Numbered from the stretch's first letter, positions 34,751-47,660 are shown. The stretch: DNA of 64,000 bases from Heteronotia binoei (GCF_032191835.1 NC_083239.1:16306001-16370000); one strand, 5' to 3'. Made by a program: numbers and translations. Notes: a model not told the origin generated them from the sequence alone.

Positions 34751-35871
34751 ACAGTTTTGGGGGGGAAAACCCACTTGTGTTGTGGATAGACTGTTGGCCT
34801 TAGATTGAGGAAACCTGGGCTCAGATCCTTGCCCAGCTGTGAAGCTGGACCTGGTGGGGTGGCTGTGAATGAGTCATTTTCTTTCAGCCTGTTCTACACC
34901 ACAGGCATGTTGCAATGATAAAGTGAGATACCCCTCATAAATGCTTCTTGTGGTTCCTTAAAGAAGAGATGGGATATAGTTCTGGTGTGAACAAAAAGAA
35001 ATATTAAACCATTTATATCATCTGAAGCCGGTGAGAATTAACGGGTCTGCTGCAACTGTGCAGGATTGCACCCAGAATCAAGGAATGACAGTGGTCGGCC
35101 AGAATGGTGTTTCTCTTGAAGATGGAAAATCATTGATAATGCTATTTTGTCAATAGTCACCATAAATATTCATAGCTTGGCAGAGTAATTTATGCCCTAT
35201 GGTAAAATGCTTGACCTCATAAGTCTTTTTTTTCTCCATGGCTCTTTCACACGGAAAAGCAGGTTTTAATGTGCTTAATAGAAAGTCAGCAAAGATTGTA
35301 AGCATAGACTTCAATGTGCTTGTATCAAGTTCAGATTTCATTGCAAACCAAGCTATTTAGTCACTTAAAATCACAATTCCAGCTAGATAAGAGTCTGTAA
35401 CAGCAAAGTAAAACAGATACCTTCAGGTCTAACAAAATTGATACCAGCACAAGCATTTGCGAATCAGCTTGTACTTCCAACAGATGTGTTGGGGTATATG
35501 TCTGTTAGTTGGATGTATCTGTTAGCTGGATATACCTGTGTTTCTTTTGTGTATATAAAAAACATTGATTTAATGGATATACACTAAAAAGCATCTTGTT
35601 GCATGTATGCTGTGACTTGGAGCAAAAAAAAAAAAAAAGCTTATGCTGCAATTAATATTAGATTTTTGTCTGGGTTGGAAGTCCCTCACATTCACCTACT
35701 CTAGAGGAGACTGGAGCAAGAGATGTCCTTACCCAGGCACCTCTGAGGCAGGCAGCCCAACCAACAGTTGTGGGGGGAGGATCAAGGGCAAGGCCATGCT
35801 CAGAGATGAGCCAGCAGCAGCACATGCCTCAGAAGAGAGGTGGTAGGCCCAGCTCATGCCTCAGAAGGAAA

Positions 35872-36095
35872 TAAGGTTGCCAGGTTTGTGTTGGAAAATA
35901 CCTGGAGATGTTGGGGGTGGATCTGGAAGAGGATGGGGTTTGGGAAGGGGAGGGGAGGGGCCTCAGGATGGTACAATGCCATAGAGTCCACCCTTCCAGG
36001 CAGCCGTTTTCTCCAGGGGACCTGACTTTTGCCAGCTGGAGATCAGTTGTAAAAGTGGGAGATCTCCAGGCCCCACCTGGAGGCTGGCAACCCTA
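35872..36095 (-). mobile_element. hAT MITE (TAGGGTTGCCA family)
   Basis: TIR TAAGGTTGCCAG/CTGGCAACCCTA; degenerate TSD GAAGGAAA/GATGGGAA. Confidence 0.85.
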
Positions 36096-36491
36096 GATGG
36101 GAAGTGGGGATCAGGCAATAGGCTGTCCCTGGGAACAAGCCAGGGGCCTGGCAGCAGCTGCAGTCTCTTGGGGGCCTGTGCAGGCAGGCAGAACAGCCTC
36201 TTAAGACCTCATGGCAGGGCAGAAGGGAGGGCCTAGCCAGGGAGGCCGTTGGCTCAGATTGGGAGTCAGCCAACCCCCAGGCAATCCTTTGTTGGGCTTG
36301 GTCAGAGAAGGCCAAGGAGGAAGGGCCAGACTGCTCCCATGATGCTTGGATGGAGAGGGTCAAAGGTGAGCTAGAACACCTGCCTGGATGACAGGGTGGA
36401 TGGAGCGGGTCAAGGGAGAGCTAGAACCCTTATCTCTCTATACTTGAGGCTTAACCAAGGTTGAGCCAAAAAAAAAAGGAATGCTGGAAGA

Positions 36492-36689
36492 TAGGGTTGC
36501 TAACCTCCAGCTGGCACCTGGAGATCTTCCACTCTTACAGGATCTCTGGATGACCAAGATCAGTTACCCTGGAGGGAAAAAATGGCTGCATTGTAGGGTG
36601 GACAGGCATTATACCCTGCTGGGGTCCCTCCCCTTCCCACGTCCACCCCTCCTCAGGCTCCACCCCCCAACCCAGTGTTGGTAATCTTA
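36492..36689 (+). mobile_element. hAT MITE (TAGGGTTGCCA family)
   Basis: TAGGGTTGCTAAC...GTTGGTAATCTTA; family body. Confidence 0.75.
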
Positions 36690-36999
36690 CTAGAGGGTGC
36701 TTTGTCCCTGAACTACAACCTGCCACTGAGGGCATCTGGCAACTTTAAGGTGCCACAGAACTACTGCTTTATGTTACTGAACGTGGCAAACTTTTTGATT
36801 TTTTTTAAATGTTAAAATAAGTTGATTTTATTTTTTAATTACACTACATGCCATTTTTTAGCTCTGTAGTATTTATATGGGTTTTGATGTGTATTCTGCC
36901 ATATTCAGGCAAGATTATTGTTCTTATGATTGGCTGCTAGCTGCTATTCCTTTTGCTAAGTGTGCAGTCTACTTGTTTGAGCAGTGATGCAGCTGTGTG

Positions 37000-37282
37000 G
37001 TTGCCAGGTCTGGGTTGGGAAATACTTGGAGATTTGGGGGCGGGGGGGAAGAAGCCTGGGGGAGGGCAGAATTTTTGGATGGAGGGACCTCAGATGGTCT
37101 AATGCTCTTTTTTAAAAAAAAGTATGTCCCATTTTTTTTCTGATTTGGAAATCAGAGAAGCTAATGCGATAGAGCCCACACTCCATAGCAGCTGTTCTCC
37201 AGGAGAACTGATCCAAGTAGCCTGGAGATCAGTTGTAATTCTGGGAGATCTCCAAGCCCAACCTAGACACTGGTAACCCTAG
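37000..37282 (-). mobile_element. hAT MITE (TAGGGTTGCCA family)
   Basis: GGTTGCCAGGTCTGGGTTGGGAAATA...CTGGTAACCCTAG; family body. Confidence 0.75.
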
Positions 37283-40089
37283 TTTATGGCTCTGATGTAG
37301 TGAGTGGTGATGGAGCCGTGAATTTATGGCTCTTATTATGCAGCTCTTGTGAATGAGCTCTTTTGGGGGGAGGAGGGGGGAATTACCATAAATCAGTCTC
37401 AAGCACACATCATCAGAGGTGAACACTGTACTAGGGAGTCCCTTGGTGTAGCCTTGCTTCAGTGGTCCTACCGTTTTTGAAATCACCTGAAAGCAGTTAA
37501 GAGAGTGTATGAGGACATTGCCTAGCAACGGCACAGTGCTGGTTTGTTGATCTCCTCCTCCTCTGCTTCCCAGGGACAGACACTCATTCAATAATAATGG
37601 TGACAGAGAAGGTGGGTTGTGTGTGCTGAATGAGGACAAGGGGGGAAGTGGTAGGCGTTTTCCATTTGCCCTCTTCCCCTTTTCTCTTGCTCACATCCAT
37701 TTCTGCCCTTCATTGGCTAGGTGCATTACAAGCATCCCCCCCCCCCCCCCATATGGGAGGACCACACCATTTGACAGTGTATGCTGACCCACACATGGAA
37801 GCCCTTTTGTTATCTGTTTGTTATGTTTTCCCCAACAGACTACTCCCAGAATACCCTCCCCAGATTTCTCTTGCAATGAGACAGTGCTGCTTCTGTGGTA
37901 GTGTGAAATCTCTGCAGATGCCTTCTCCATTTGACAAAAAGCAACTTTGCATGTTTGGGACACTTATCTGCAAGAGCCACGGTTTACTTTTTGCAAGAAT
38001 AAGAAGTTCCTGTGTGATATTCATTCCTGTGGGATATGGGAACAGGTTTGGATAGTTTATCTCTTATGGCTGCCAGTACAGCCCAGTGGCAATGGAGCTC
38101 CAGCAAAGCAGGCTTCCCTGCATTTTTCTTGCATCAGCCCCTGGCAACAGCCCTTCCCCCATGTCACCATGGACTTTTCCAGATTTTTATTAAAAAATGG
38201 CTCATAAATATTTTACACTGCTGTAACATTTATAGCAATCTGTCTGTCAGGTTCTCTGAGGCCTTAGTTTTCATGTAAAACAAAAAGTCTCTGCCCCATT
38301 TCTTTGTGGAGATATAAGGGGTAAAGCATATGTCAGCATTAAAAGGAACTGGAGCCTCTTTAAAAAATAAAATCTGAGGATTCAGAGAACATAAAATACA
38401 GATTGTTATGATATTATCTTATGCCAGTTGCTGTGTGTGTGTGTTTTAAAGGCCTCTGCTGGTGAAATGATACAGAAGTGGGTGGAATCAAGAAGATATG
38501 GACTTTTGCATCCATATGGGTGCAAGTCCAGCTTCACAAAACATCACAGCAAAGCAGGCTAGCAGAAATTATGAGAACAGACATGGAAATGTACAGAAAC
38601 AGCATGGTGTTGTGGAGCAGGGGTGGGAGGGAAGATTCACCAGTAGTATCCAAGCTGTGGCAGGTATAGTCTTGCTGATCAATGAAGTCTCAAGACTGTT
38701 CAGTTTTCTTTTCACCACTCCTTTCTTTATGAGATCCTTCATGAGAGCTTGGTAACCTGTTGCTATATCTATGATACTTGTCCATAACAGCAAATATGGG
38801 GTCTTCATTCACAAATTGCAGTAACTGGTTGTATCTAATGATAACCTTTCTATGTATAATATTCCTCTAAAATAAGAAATGTCATTGGATATTTTCTCTG
38901 AGAAGAAACCTGACTGGCCAAATACAAAGATAAAGGGGTATTGTTTCTGGGTCTATTTTTAGTGAAAAGAATACTGAAAGGGGGGGTGGGAATGTTAATT
39001 ACTCAACAGGTGCTGAGGAATAAAAAAACAAAAAACCCCAAGCTTCCTCCACTACAGCTCCAGCAATAAAAGCAGAGATGACCTTATTAATCCTGCATAT
39101 TCGACTGGATTTCCCCCCTATATTCTAGTTCAGTGATTTTAATGAACTCCCATATATAGGTATGAATATTAACGGGGCACTTAAAAGCTTTGATTTGTTC
39201 AACTTTCTCTTTTGCGAGCATGTCGGAATTTACTTCCATTTTCCCTCCTCAATAAATTGGTGTTATATTCTATATGTTGGCTCTCAATGAATGTGATGAT
39301 GGTCAATCCACCCTGAGCCCGTCACAGGAAAGGGCAGAATATCAATTTACTAAAATAAATATAGTTGAGCTCTGAATGTTGTAACATTTCAATAAAGTGT
39401 ATGTGTAAATTTGTCAAACATAATAAATACTACGATTTTTGTATTGCTTTATTGTTTACCCAGAAGTAGGGGTGTGCAAAAAACCAAAAAAATTCAGTAG
39501 TACACAGATTTGGAAATATACGGGGGGGAGGGGGGAATATGGAATCCTGTATATTTCTGAATTCTGTAGTCGGAATAGCTGCATATACGGAAGATGCGCA
39601 GCTATTTCCAAATATATGGCCCCATTATACCCTATGGGCCATTGAAATCAATGGCAAATAGGGTATATTTGAAGCCGCCTGGAGTGGAGGGGGTTTGAGG
39701 GAGAGCCCCCAAATTTGCAGGGGACCTGCAGGGGACTCTCCCCTACAAACCCCCCAATTCCCAAAAAGATTGGGCCAGGGGGTCCAATTCCTGGGGCACC
39801 CAAAGCCAAACCTAACTTCACACCACAGAATCTCTATAGGACCCAAATGCACTATATACATCTATCTACTCTATGAACCCTGCCACACAAAACACAATCT
39901 GCTCAAGGTCTGTAGAGCAAACTGGCTGCAGCAAACCCAGATGCCAGCTCTCCAGCCCTGCCCCAAAGAACGCAGGGAGAGCTGGCCAAGCACAACAAGC
40001 ATGCTGGCTCTGGGTCTCTCACCCAGGTGCCAGCTTCCCTGTCACAGAACACAATCTATAGATGCCAGCTCTCCAGCCCTGCCCCAAAC

Positions 40090-41635
40090 CATACCATACC
40101 ATACCATACCATACCATACCAAACCTTTAATGGCATAATAGATTCAGATAAAAATACACAGAATATAAAAATTTAAACATTGGAGATAAAATCAAAATAA
40201 AACCGAGCTTACAGATACATTCAAACATGCTCAGAATTAAATTTAAGGATGTCAGCCAGAAATTTTGCCACAGCCTCACTAACCACCCCCTCAGTATCAC
40301 TCAATAAATAATAACAGGGTGGCAGAATAGACAAATCTGGAGAAAAAGAAAGCTTGCCAAATAAATCTTTACGGAGGTTATGGTAAAAAGAACAATCAAG
40401 CAATATATGCTGGATTGAGTCAGGGGTATTCGCTCCACAGGAGCAAAGTCTGTCGGCTAAAGGGACTCGCTGATATCTCCCTTGTAAAACTTTGGAGGGA
40501 AACGCGTTTAGTCTGGCCAACATAAATGCCCTGCGATGACTTGGAGTGGTTAGGTCTGATAGATAATTGGGCATTTTGCCACAAAAAGCATAAAGACCTA
40601 AGGAAGCTGGAGAGCAAGTATAAGGGAGAGTTGGCCGTAATTTCGTTTCCTCCAATTCCCACAGTCTCAGTTTAATACATCTGAAGATATATGACTCTTC
40701 AGAGGTAGAAAAATCATCTACCTCTAACCCCAATTGATTGAGTTTAGACAGAAGCACTGCTGTCCAGGACGAAATATATGGGTCTCTTTTCATACAATCA
40801 AGAAGGCTGTTGGGATCTGTTCTAAAATGAATTTTGAGCCAGAATTTAAACACTGCAATCCAGGCTTTTGTCTCCACCAAAGACTGACCCACTTCAGAGC
40901 AGAGAGCAAAGTAGGACACACATTTTGGCAAACCAAGAATTTGTCTAAAGAATGAGGCTTGAATGCCCTCCACTTTCCTGGTAAAAGCTGAGATCCATAT
41001 AGGGATACCATAGAGGATTTGGGCAAGCGTTTTGGCTTTGAATACTTTAATAGCTGCTGGAACTAATTGGTTGCCCCTTGCAAAGAAAAACTGTTTAATT
41101 TGAGCAGCTGAACACTTAGCCAAGTTGATGGTGTTGTTACGATGTGAAACCCAGCTTAACTTGTGGTTAAAAGTGATCCCCAAGTATTTAAAATTTTTTG
41201 TTTGCTCGATTGTTGAATTGCCAATAAACCATCTCTGTGGGCCCCAGCAATTTGAAAAGACAACTACTTTAGATTTGGTATAATTGATAGTAAGTGAATT
41301 ACAATTACAGTAGTCATAAAAGGCGTTCAAATACCTTTGCAGGCCCACTCTTGTACAAGAGAGGATGGTAGTGTCATCGGCATAAAGTAATAAGGGGACC
41401 GCTCGGCCTGCAAGTTTAGGCGGATGACCATTGATAGGGGTCAAAAATTGTGCCAGGTCAGTTAAAAATAAATTAAAAAGATGTGGGGCCAGCACACAAC
41501 CTTGTTTTACCCCCTTTAACACTGGGATTTTACTAGTCAAGTCACCGCTAGAAGAAAATTTCACTTGGCAAAAGGTATTAGAATGAAGTTTCCTCAAGAG
41601 AAACAGCAAACGAGGGTCCATTCCCAGGTAACCAA
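40090..41635 (-). mobile_element. 5'-truncated non-LTR retrotransposon, probably RTE-X clade, with an intact ORF2 C-terminal part, nested in the hAT
   Basis: Uninterrupted ORF 40221-41635: GVKQGCVLAPHLFNLF, LLYADD, FKYLG, ILYGIPIW, C-terminal CSCG..HILLDC. The 3' end ATGCCATTAAAGG is followed by a (TGGTA)n tail. TSD GCCCCAAAC at 40081-40089 / 41636-41644. Confidence 0.88.
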
Positions 41636-42305
41636 GCCCCAAACAACACAAGAGAAGCGGTGGACCGCACCTAGCTCCACATCATTCTGTATCTGACACA
41701 AAGCAAGAAGCATTTAGACTTAACTTGAGTGATCGATGTTGGCTGGTCTAGGCTCTTTTGCGTTACCCAGGGTGCACCACGAGGAGGCGAGCCAGAGTTG
41801 CACCCCAAATGAGGAAGATCACTGGGAGGGCCTCAAATTGTGTGAGAGGAAGGCAACCATTCCTTCTCTTTCAGCTCAGCAGCAACACACCAGTTATCAC
41901 TGTCCCATTAGCGGGACCTCAGCATTGGTATGGCTGCTGGCTGCCTGTCATCATCAATGGCACCTTCCTCTTTCCTCCTCCTGCCCCTGAAAAAAAAAAA
42001 CTGGGTTATCCTGGCTGGGCCTGTGGGTGCTGTCGGTTACAGTTGGGGGCTGCAATGGCCCTTTCTGTATTATTAGGCATGTGTGGATGGGGGACTGGGA
42101 AAATTTGGATTGCTTTGCAGATTTTAAACCAGCATTCACTTTTGATTTGGGGAGGGATGAGGGGTGGGGGATGCACTGCCAATCAATTTGTGAGTGAGTT
42201 TTTGAGCTGTCTTTGGACTCTAGTCTATTTTTAGTGGAGGAGTGTTTTACACCCACCTTCCAAGCACGGGCCAAGAGAGGATGCAGGCACAAGTAGGTGC
42301 TCACT

Positions 42306-45050
42306 TCATTCACTCTCAAACTCTACGTTCGAGGAGCCGAACAGAGGCAAGTTGACCTTCAGGAAGACCAACTGCTCAACTGTCCAAGGTTGCAGGCGAT
42401 TGCGATGTGGGCAGACAATGTCGCCCATATGCGAAAAGACGTGCTCGCTCTGCACGCTTGTCTGTGGGCATGAGAGCAACGCCTTGGCCATGGAGGAGAG
42501 GGCTGGCCAGACCTCCTCCTTCATGACCCAGTAGTCCAAAGGAAACGTTTCCTGCGGCTCGAGGGGCTCCAAAAGATAGTCCCTCACCATCGCAGCACCT
42601 GTCTTTGCTCTTGGTTCCCTACCCACTCCTAGAGGGGCCAACGACCAGCCCGATGAGTGTCATCTCAGGACTCTTTGTGGCATGAGTCTGGTGGGAAACA
42701 CTGCCTAGGAGGTTGGGGATGAACAACAGCAGTGGAAGTGGCAGATGAGCTGCTTCCACCCCTCTCCTCCTCACCTACCAGCACTGGGCCTGCCCTGACT
42801 CTGGAATGCTCGACCTTCTGGGAGAGCTCGTCTCGCCAGTGATTGAGCTCGTTGGCCCGCTCGGCGACTGTGCCCTTAAGGCATGGGTCTAACATGGTCG
42901 CCATCATGTTGACCTGATCCTGGGTGAAAGTCTGAAAGTGGGCCTCAAGCCCTTCCTGCAGCCTAACAACCAGGGCATGCACAAGTGGAAGAACGTCTGC
43001 ATGGCCTTGAGCTGGCACTAGAAATGAGGCCAGGTCCTCACGCACCATCTGGACCATGGGGACGACCAGTGTGATGCTCGCCGTGTCAGACGAGAGCATT
43101 TCTCTGTGGGTCTTGAAGGGCTGAAGAACCTCCACAGTCTGAGAAATGACCACACAATCCTCTTGGGTGAGACGGTTCTCATCCCGAAAGACCCTCGTCT
43201 CAGAGACAAAGGCATCCAGGGCTGCTCTCTGTTCCACCATGAGCTCCAGCATGGCACAGGTGGAGTTCCAGTGTGTGCTGACGTCACCGATCAGGTGGTG
43301 CCCTGGCACGCCTGTCAGTGTCTGTTTCTCACGCAGCCGATATGAGTCCGTATTGCTGCGTGAGAAGTGAGCCGTAATGTGCCGACACTTCTGGAGCAGA
43401 AGTCGGTACTCATGGGTCGCGGCTAGATACCGACGATCCTGGCTTTTCGTCTGGCCCAATGCGTCCTTAACCACGAGGTGGAGAAGGAGGGCCACGCAAG
43501 GAAGGCGTTTTAGGCCCTGACGCTGGACAGCCGCCTTGATGTTGGAGCCACCATCAGTCACCACGAAGCCCATGGTGACGTCCCCGCTGCCTACCCAGCC
43601 CTCTAACTGCCATGAGAGGATGGCTCTGAGAGTGTCCGCCGTGTGCGACATGTCGACTGCTTCGGCGTGCAGAAAGGCCCAGCGATAGCTGGCCTGGCAA
43701 CCCTGACCCTGCCTGCTGCTACTGCTGCCACCCCCACACTGCACTGCCCCCAGCTCTCTGGGTTGCCACCAATGCGCAGTCAGGGAGAGATACCCCTTGA
43801 ACACATGTTGGGAGCTCCAGATATCTGAGGTGAAATGAACAGTCCCCCCGGCAGCACGGCACAAATGCTCCTTCACAGATCTGGTCGCCCTGAAAACAGC
43901 TGGCACAATCGTCCTGCTAATGGTGGTTCTCACAGGAACTTTGTACCAGGGCACCAGGTACTCGAGCAACCCTAGCTCCCCAGGATTCTCAATCACTGAA
44001 AATGGAAGCCCATGGGTGATCGACCTGGCAAGGTTCCAGGCGATCACCCTCCTGCCATATCTGATTCCCCCTCCTAGCACACAGGTGCGTCCCCCACCAA
44101 ACATCTCAGGCAGAGATGCCTGGTGTCCCTGTACTCCCACGGAACGCTCCTGGAGAGCGGAGGTAGTCGCGATGGGACGGACCTCCTGGCTGGGTGGTGT
44201 TGGCCGCTTGGGCACCACAGCACCAGCCTGCTTCTCCCCCTTAAGAAGCCCTGAAAACACCCTTAAGGGTGGTGCTTCTGCAGGTGATTCCGCATCTTCC
44301 CTGGAGTCAGGTGGGCAGGGTCCTGCCCACGACTGATCCAGGCCCTGCTCAGCTGGCACTGCACATAGCGTGGATCCTCCATAAGTTGGAAATGCTTCCA
44401 GACTTCGGAGGTGAACGGATGCCCAAACTGACTGGCAGCTTGGGTGTCCTGAGACACCTCCTTTGAGGTGCTCGGGGCAGACATATCGTGTGTCGGGGTG
44501 GCAGGAGGGGCTAGCCGCTGGGGGGAAGTGGGCAGAGATGGAGGCACCTCGTGTGTCTCCATCTCTTCCCCCTCCATTCCATGCGGCCTCCACTCCTGGT
44601 CACCCCCTGAAGGACTGCTGGTGCCTGAAGAAACCGAAGAAGGGGGCTGGTCCTCCTCAACCTGCTTCTCCTCCAGCTCCTGCACGACACTCTGCACCCT
44701 CCTTGGGGTGATCATTTTGGACAGAAAACTGTCCCCAAAGCTCATCTCCAAGGAAGGCTGCTCTTGCTGCCCCTCTTCCGGCTGCTGAGGCCAAGTGACA
44801 TCAGCTGGAGGAGAGACTGCCCGAGCAGCAGACCCCTGCTCAGTGCCAGTATCTACCCTGCTCAGTGCCAGTATCCAAGGCGGGCCTTCTTCATCGCACT
44901 CTGGCCAGACGTCGGAGTGCTGGAAGGCGGCTGTGGAGTGGCCCCACGCACAGGTGGGGGGGAGACCTGGGTCCTCCCCCTTCCCTCCACCCCTCTAGTC
45001 TTCTCCTTGGCCTTGCCCCCAAGGCCCCTCTTCTGCTGCCTGTCACTCAT
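42306..45050 (-). pseudogene. hAT transposase pseudogene (BED finger, DDE core, hATC dimerization domain)
   Basis: SEVWKHF..YVQCQL..MRNHLQKHH (BED), VHFTSDIWS..YLSLTAHW, VTDGGSN, CVALLLHL (CxxH lost), THWNST, PLDYW..WPALS..LLSCPQTSVQSEHVFS (hATC). Several frameshifts. Confidence 0.93.
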
Positions 45051-47499
45051 GTCACCCTTGGCCAGTCTCACACAGCCTGAACTGAGAATGGGGTTTTTTA
45101 CAAACAGTGGCCCTATACACAGGTGGGGGGGGGACTGGGTCCTCCCCTCCACCCCTCTAGTCTTCTCCTCGGCCTGCCCCCAGGGCCTCTCTTCTGCTGC
45201 CTGTCACTCATGTCACCCTTGGCCAGTCTCACACAACCTGAACTGAGAGTGGGGTTTTTTACAACCCCCCCTCCCAAGAACCAGAAGTGAAAAGGAACAA
45301 CAGCAGCACAACACAGCAGCAGCAAATCAAACACATAATCATTTTAAAACAGTAAAAAAATTAACTTTTAACAATACAGGAACTTTACCAACCCCTCCCC
45401 CCCAAAAAAAACCCCTTCACCCTAAGCCCATGAAATCCAAGCCACCCAAATCAGGAAAAGTAAAAGGACACTGCACTTTTAAAAGTCCTCTCACTAAAGT
45501 AAAGTCAAACCCTAACCTCAAATAAGCTACCCATCCAAATCTGGATAAGTAAAGGGACTCTGAGTCTTAAAAAGTCCTTTTACTTTTAGCCGAACTAAAA
45601 TAAAATCAAGAACCCCAAGACTGTCTTACCTTAGATGTCTTCTCTTCTTCAGGCAGGTCAGGCAAGGCTGAGAGAGAGCAGCAGCAGCTGAGGCCAAGGG
45701 CCAGCACAGCACAATCTCTCTCACACCAACACAGCAGCAATGGAATGGAGTCCAGTCAGGCAGACTCCTTAAAAATGTTCTCTGGCGCTACACAGAGCAG
45801 TTTCAAAAAAATACCACTGCTCTGTGATTGGCCAGAGAACAGTGTTTACTTGGATACCCAAGTAAACAAAAGAACAACAATGTTGCTGATGGCTGGGGGA
45901 TTAGCCCAGCCATCAGCTACACAACAGCCCTGCGAAGCATGCATTTGCATTGCATTTTGCCAATGCATGCTTTGGATTGGCTGCTGGGGCTCCTCTCCCC
46001 CTCCCCCTCCCTTCCTGATCCCATGGAGGCTATGGGAGATGCGGGAAAAGGCTTCCAAAGGCAGGAAAGGAGGCAAGCAGCTTCCCTGAGGCTGCAGAAG
46101 CTCCTTTCCCGCCTTTTACATTGACTTCCGAATACTTCCGAATATTGATTTGGAAGTATATGGGAGCCGTATATGGCTCCCGTATAATGCTTGCAAATTG
46201 GATTTGGAAGTATACGACACCATATACTTCTGAATTGGGGTATTCGGTGATCTATTTGGTTCGGCCGAACTGAATGCATACCCCTACCCTAGACTTGATG
46301 GTGTTTTACACACACACACACACACACACACATGCATGGAGGCGGAGTGTGTGTGGCTTTTAACACACATCTGATTAAAGTCTTTGCAGAGTATGCTGTC
46401 TCAGCCTGAGGACTTGGCAATATGTAGTTAGGTGCAGTAACTGAAACAAAGCCTTCCTAGTAACTGTTTGGTGCCTTAGCTGCTAAATTACAGTTGTGCT
46501 GTATCAGGCACCAGGTCAAACAAGATGAGTTGTTAGAAAATCTCTGAATATCCAGTGTATGTTTAATAGCTGCAGACCAACCAGAACATCAGAAAAGAGT
46601 AAGTTTGCAGAATTCTTTACTGTGCTAGAGAATCTTGAAAAAAATGAGGTGTTTCAGGAAAAGTTCCAAGGTTGTTGTTTGTGAAGTTCTGCAAAGGGAG
46701 TATCAGCACATGCTTAATTCAGGCTAACTGTGCAAAATACATTCCAGGTTGTACAACAGGTTAAGGGGGCAGTGAAGTGTGTAAGAATCATAGGAAAAGA
46801 GATGTTAATTTAATAGGAAGTCTTCAAAGACACAGGTAACTATGGCTAGAAGCTGTATTAGTAGATGAACCAGCTAAAGCTTTAGTTGACAGATTAACTG
46901 TGCTGTGATTTAAGTAGGACTTTCCTTCCTAACAATGGGGAGCACCTTTTTTTGAGGCCTTGGAAGAAGAATACCAAGCTCACAACTAAATAGAGTTTTC
47001 TTAATTTGTATTTATTAATCAAATGCCTGATTTGATTCAATACAAATACTTATTTGAATCTTCCTCAGTATGTAAAAGGTAACTTGTTCATGTGAAAGGT
47101 AAAGGTATTCCCCTTGCAAGCAACAAGTTATTACCGACCCACAGGGTGACATCACATCGTGATATTTTCTTGGCAGACGTTTTGTTATGGGGTGGTTTGC
47201 TATTGCCTTCCCCAGTCAACTATGCTCTACCCCCAACAAGCTGGCTACTCATTTTGCCTACCTTGGAAGTCTGAGTCAATTCTACGCTAACTACCTTGAA
47301 CCCAGCTTTCACTGGGACCAAATTCCGGTTGTGAGCAGAGCTTGAACTGCAATACTTACTACTCTGCACCACAGGGCTCCTCATAAAAAATTGCTCATGT
47401 ACATTGATGCAATTTGGATGGGAGAGGAAGAATACAGAGAAAGGAGGGATTATCCCTATAACTCCTGCCAAGTTTTTGCTACAAGAAACTGGCCTTTCT

Positions 47500-47660
47500 T
47501 CACCATTTAGCTTCCGAGATCTCCTCTGATCTCGGAAGCTAAATAGGGTCAGCCCTGTCTAGTATTTGGATGGGAGACCTCCAAGGAATACCAGGTTTGT
47601 GATGTGAGGCAGGCAAAACCATCCCTGAACATCCCTTATCTTGAAAACGCTGCAAGGCAC
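47500..47660 (+). mobile_element. 5S rRNA-derived SINE
   Basis: GATCTCGGAAGCTAAATAGGGTCAGCCCTGTCTAGTATTTGGATGGGAGACCTCCAAGGAATACCAGG matches the 5S box A/IE/box C and is followed by a non-5S body. Confidence 0.75.

Larger units (their letters stand above)
39467..46286 (-). mobile_element. Full-length decayed hAT (Ac/ZBED-like) DNA transposon
   Basis: TIR TAGGGGTGTGCA (39467-39478) / TGCATACCCCTA (46275-46286), palindrome-rich subterminal regions, and an internal transposase. Flanks CCCAGAAG/CCCTAGAC match only partially. Confidence 0.88.

Noticed and set aside
42665-44593. Domesticated ZBED gene (642 aa)
   Set aside because: The BED finger and hATC domain are in other frames, CxxH is lost, and the region is enclosed by TIRs. 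It is a transposon fossil.
47512-47600. Functional 5S rRNA gene
   Set aside because: The 5' end is incomplete and diverged, there is no terminator at the 5S end, and it continues into a SINE body shared with other copies.
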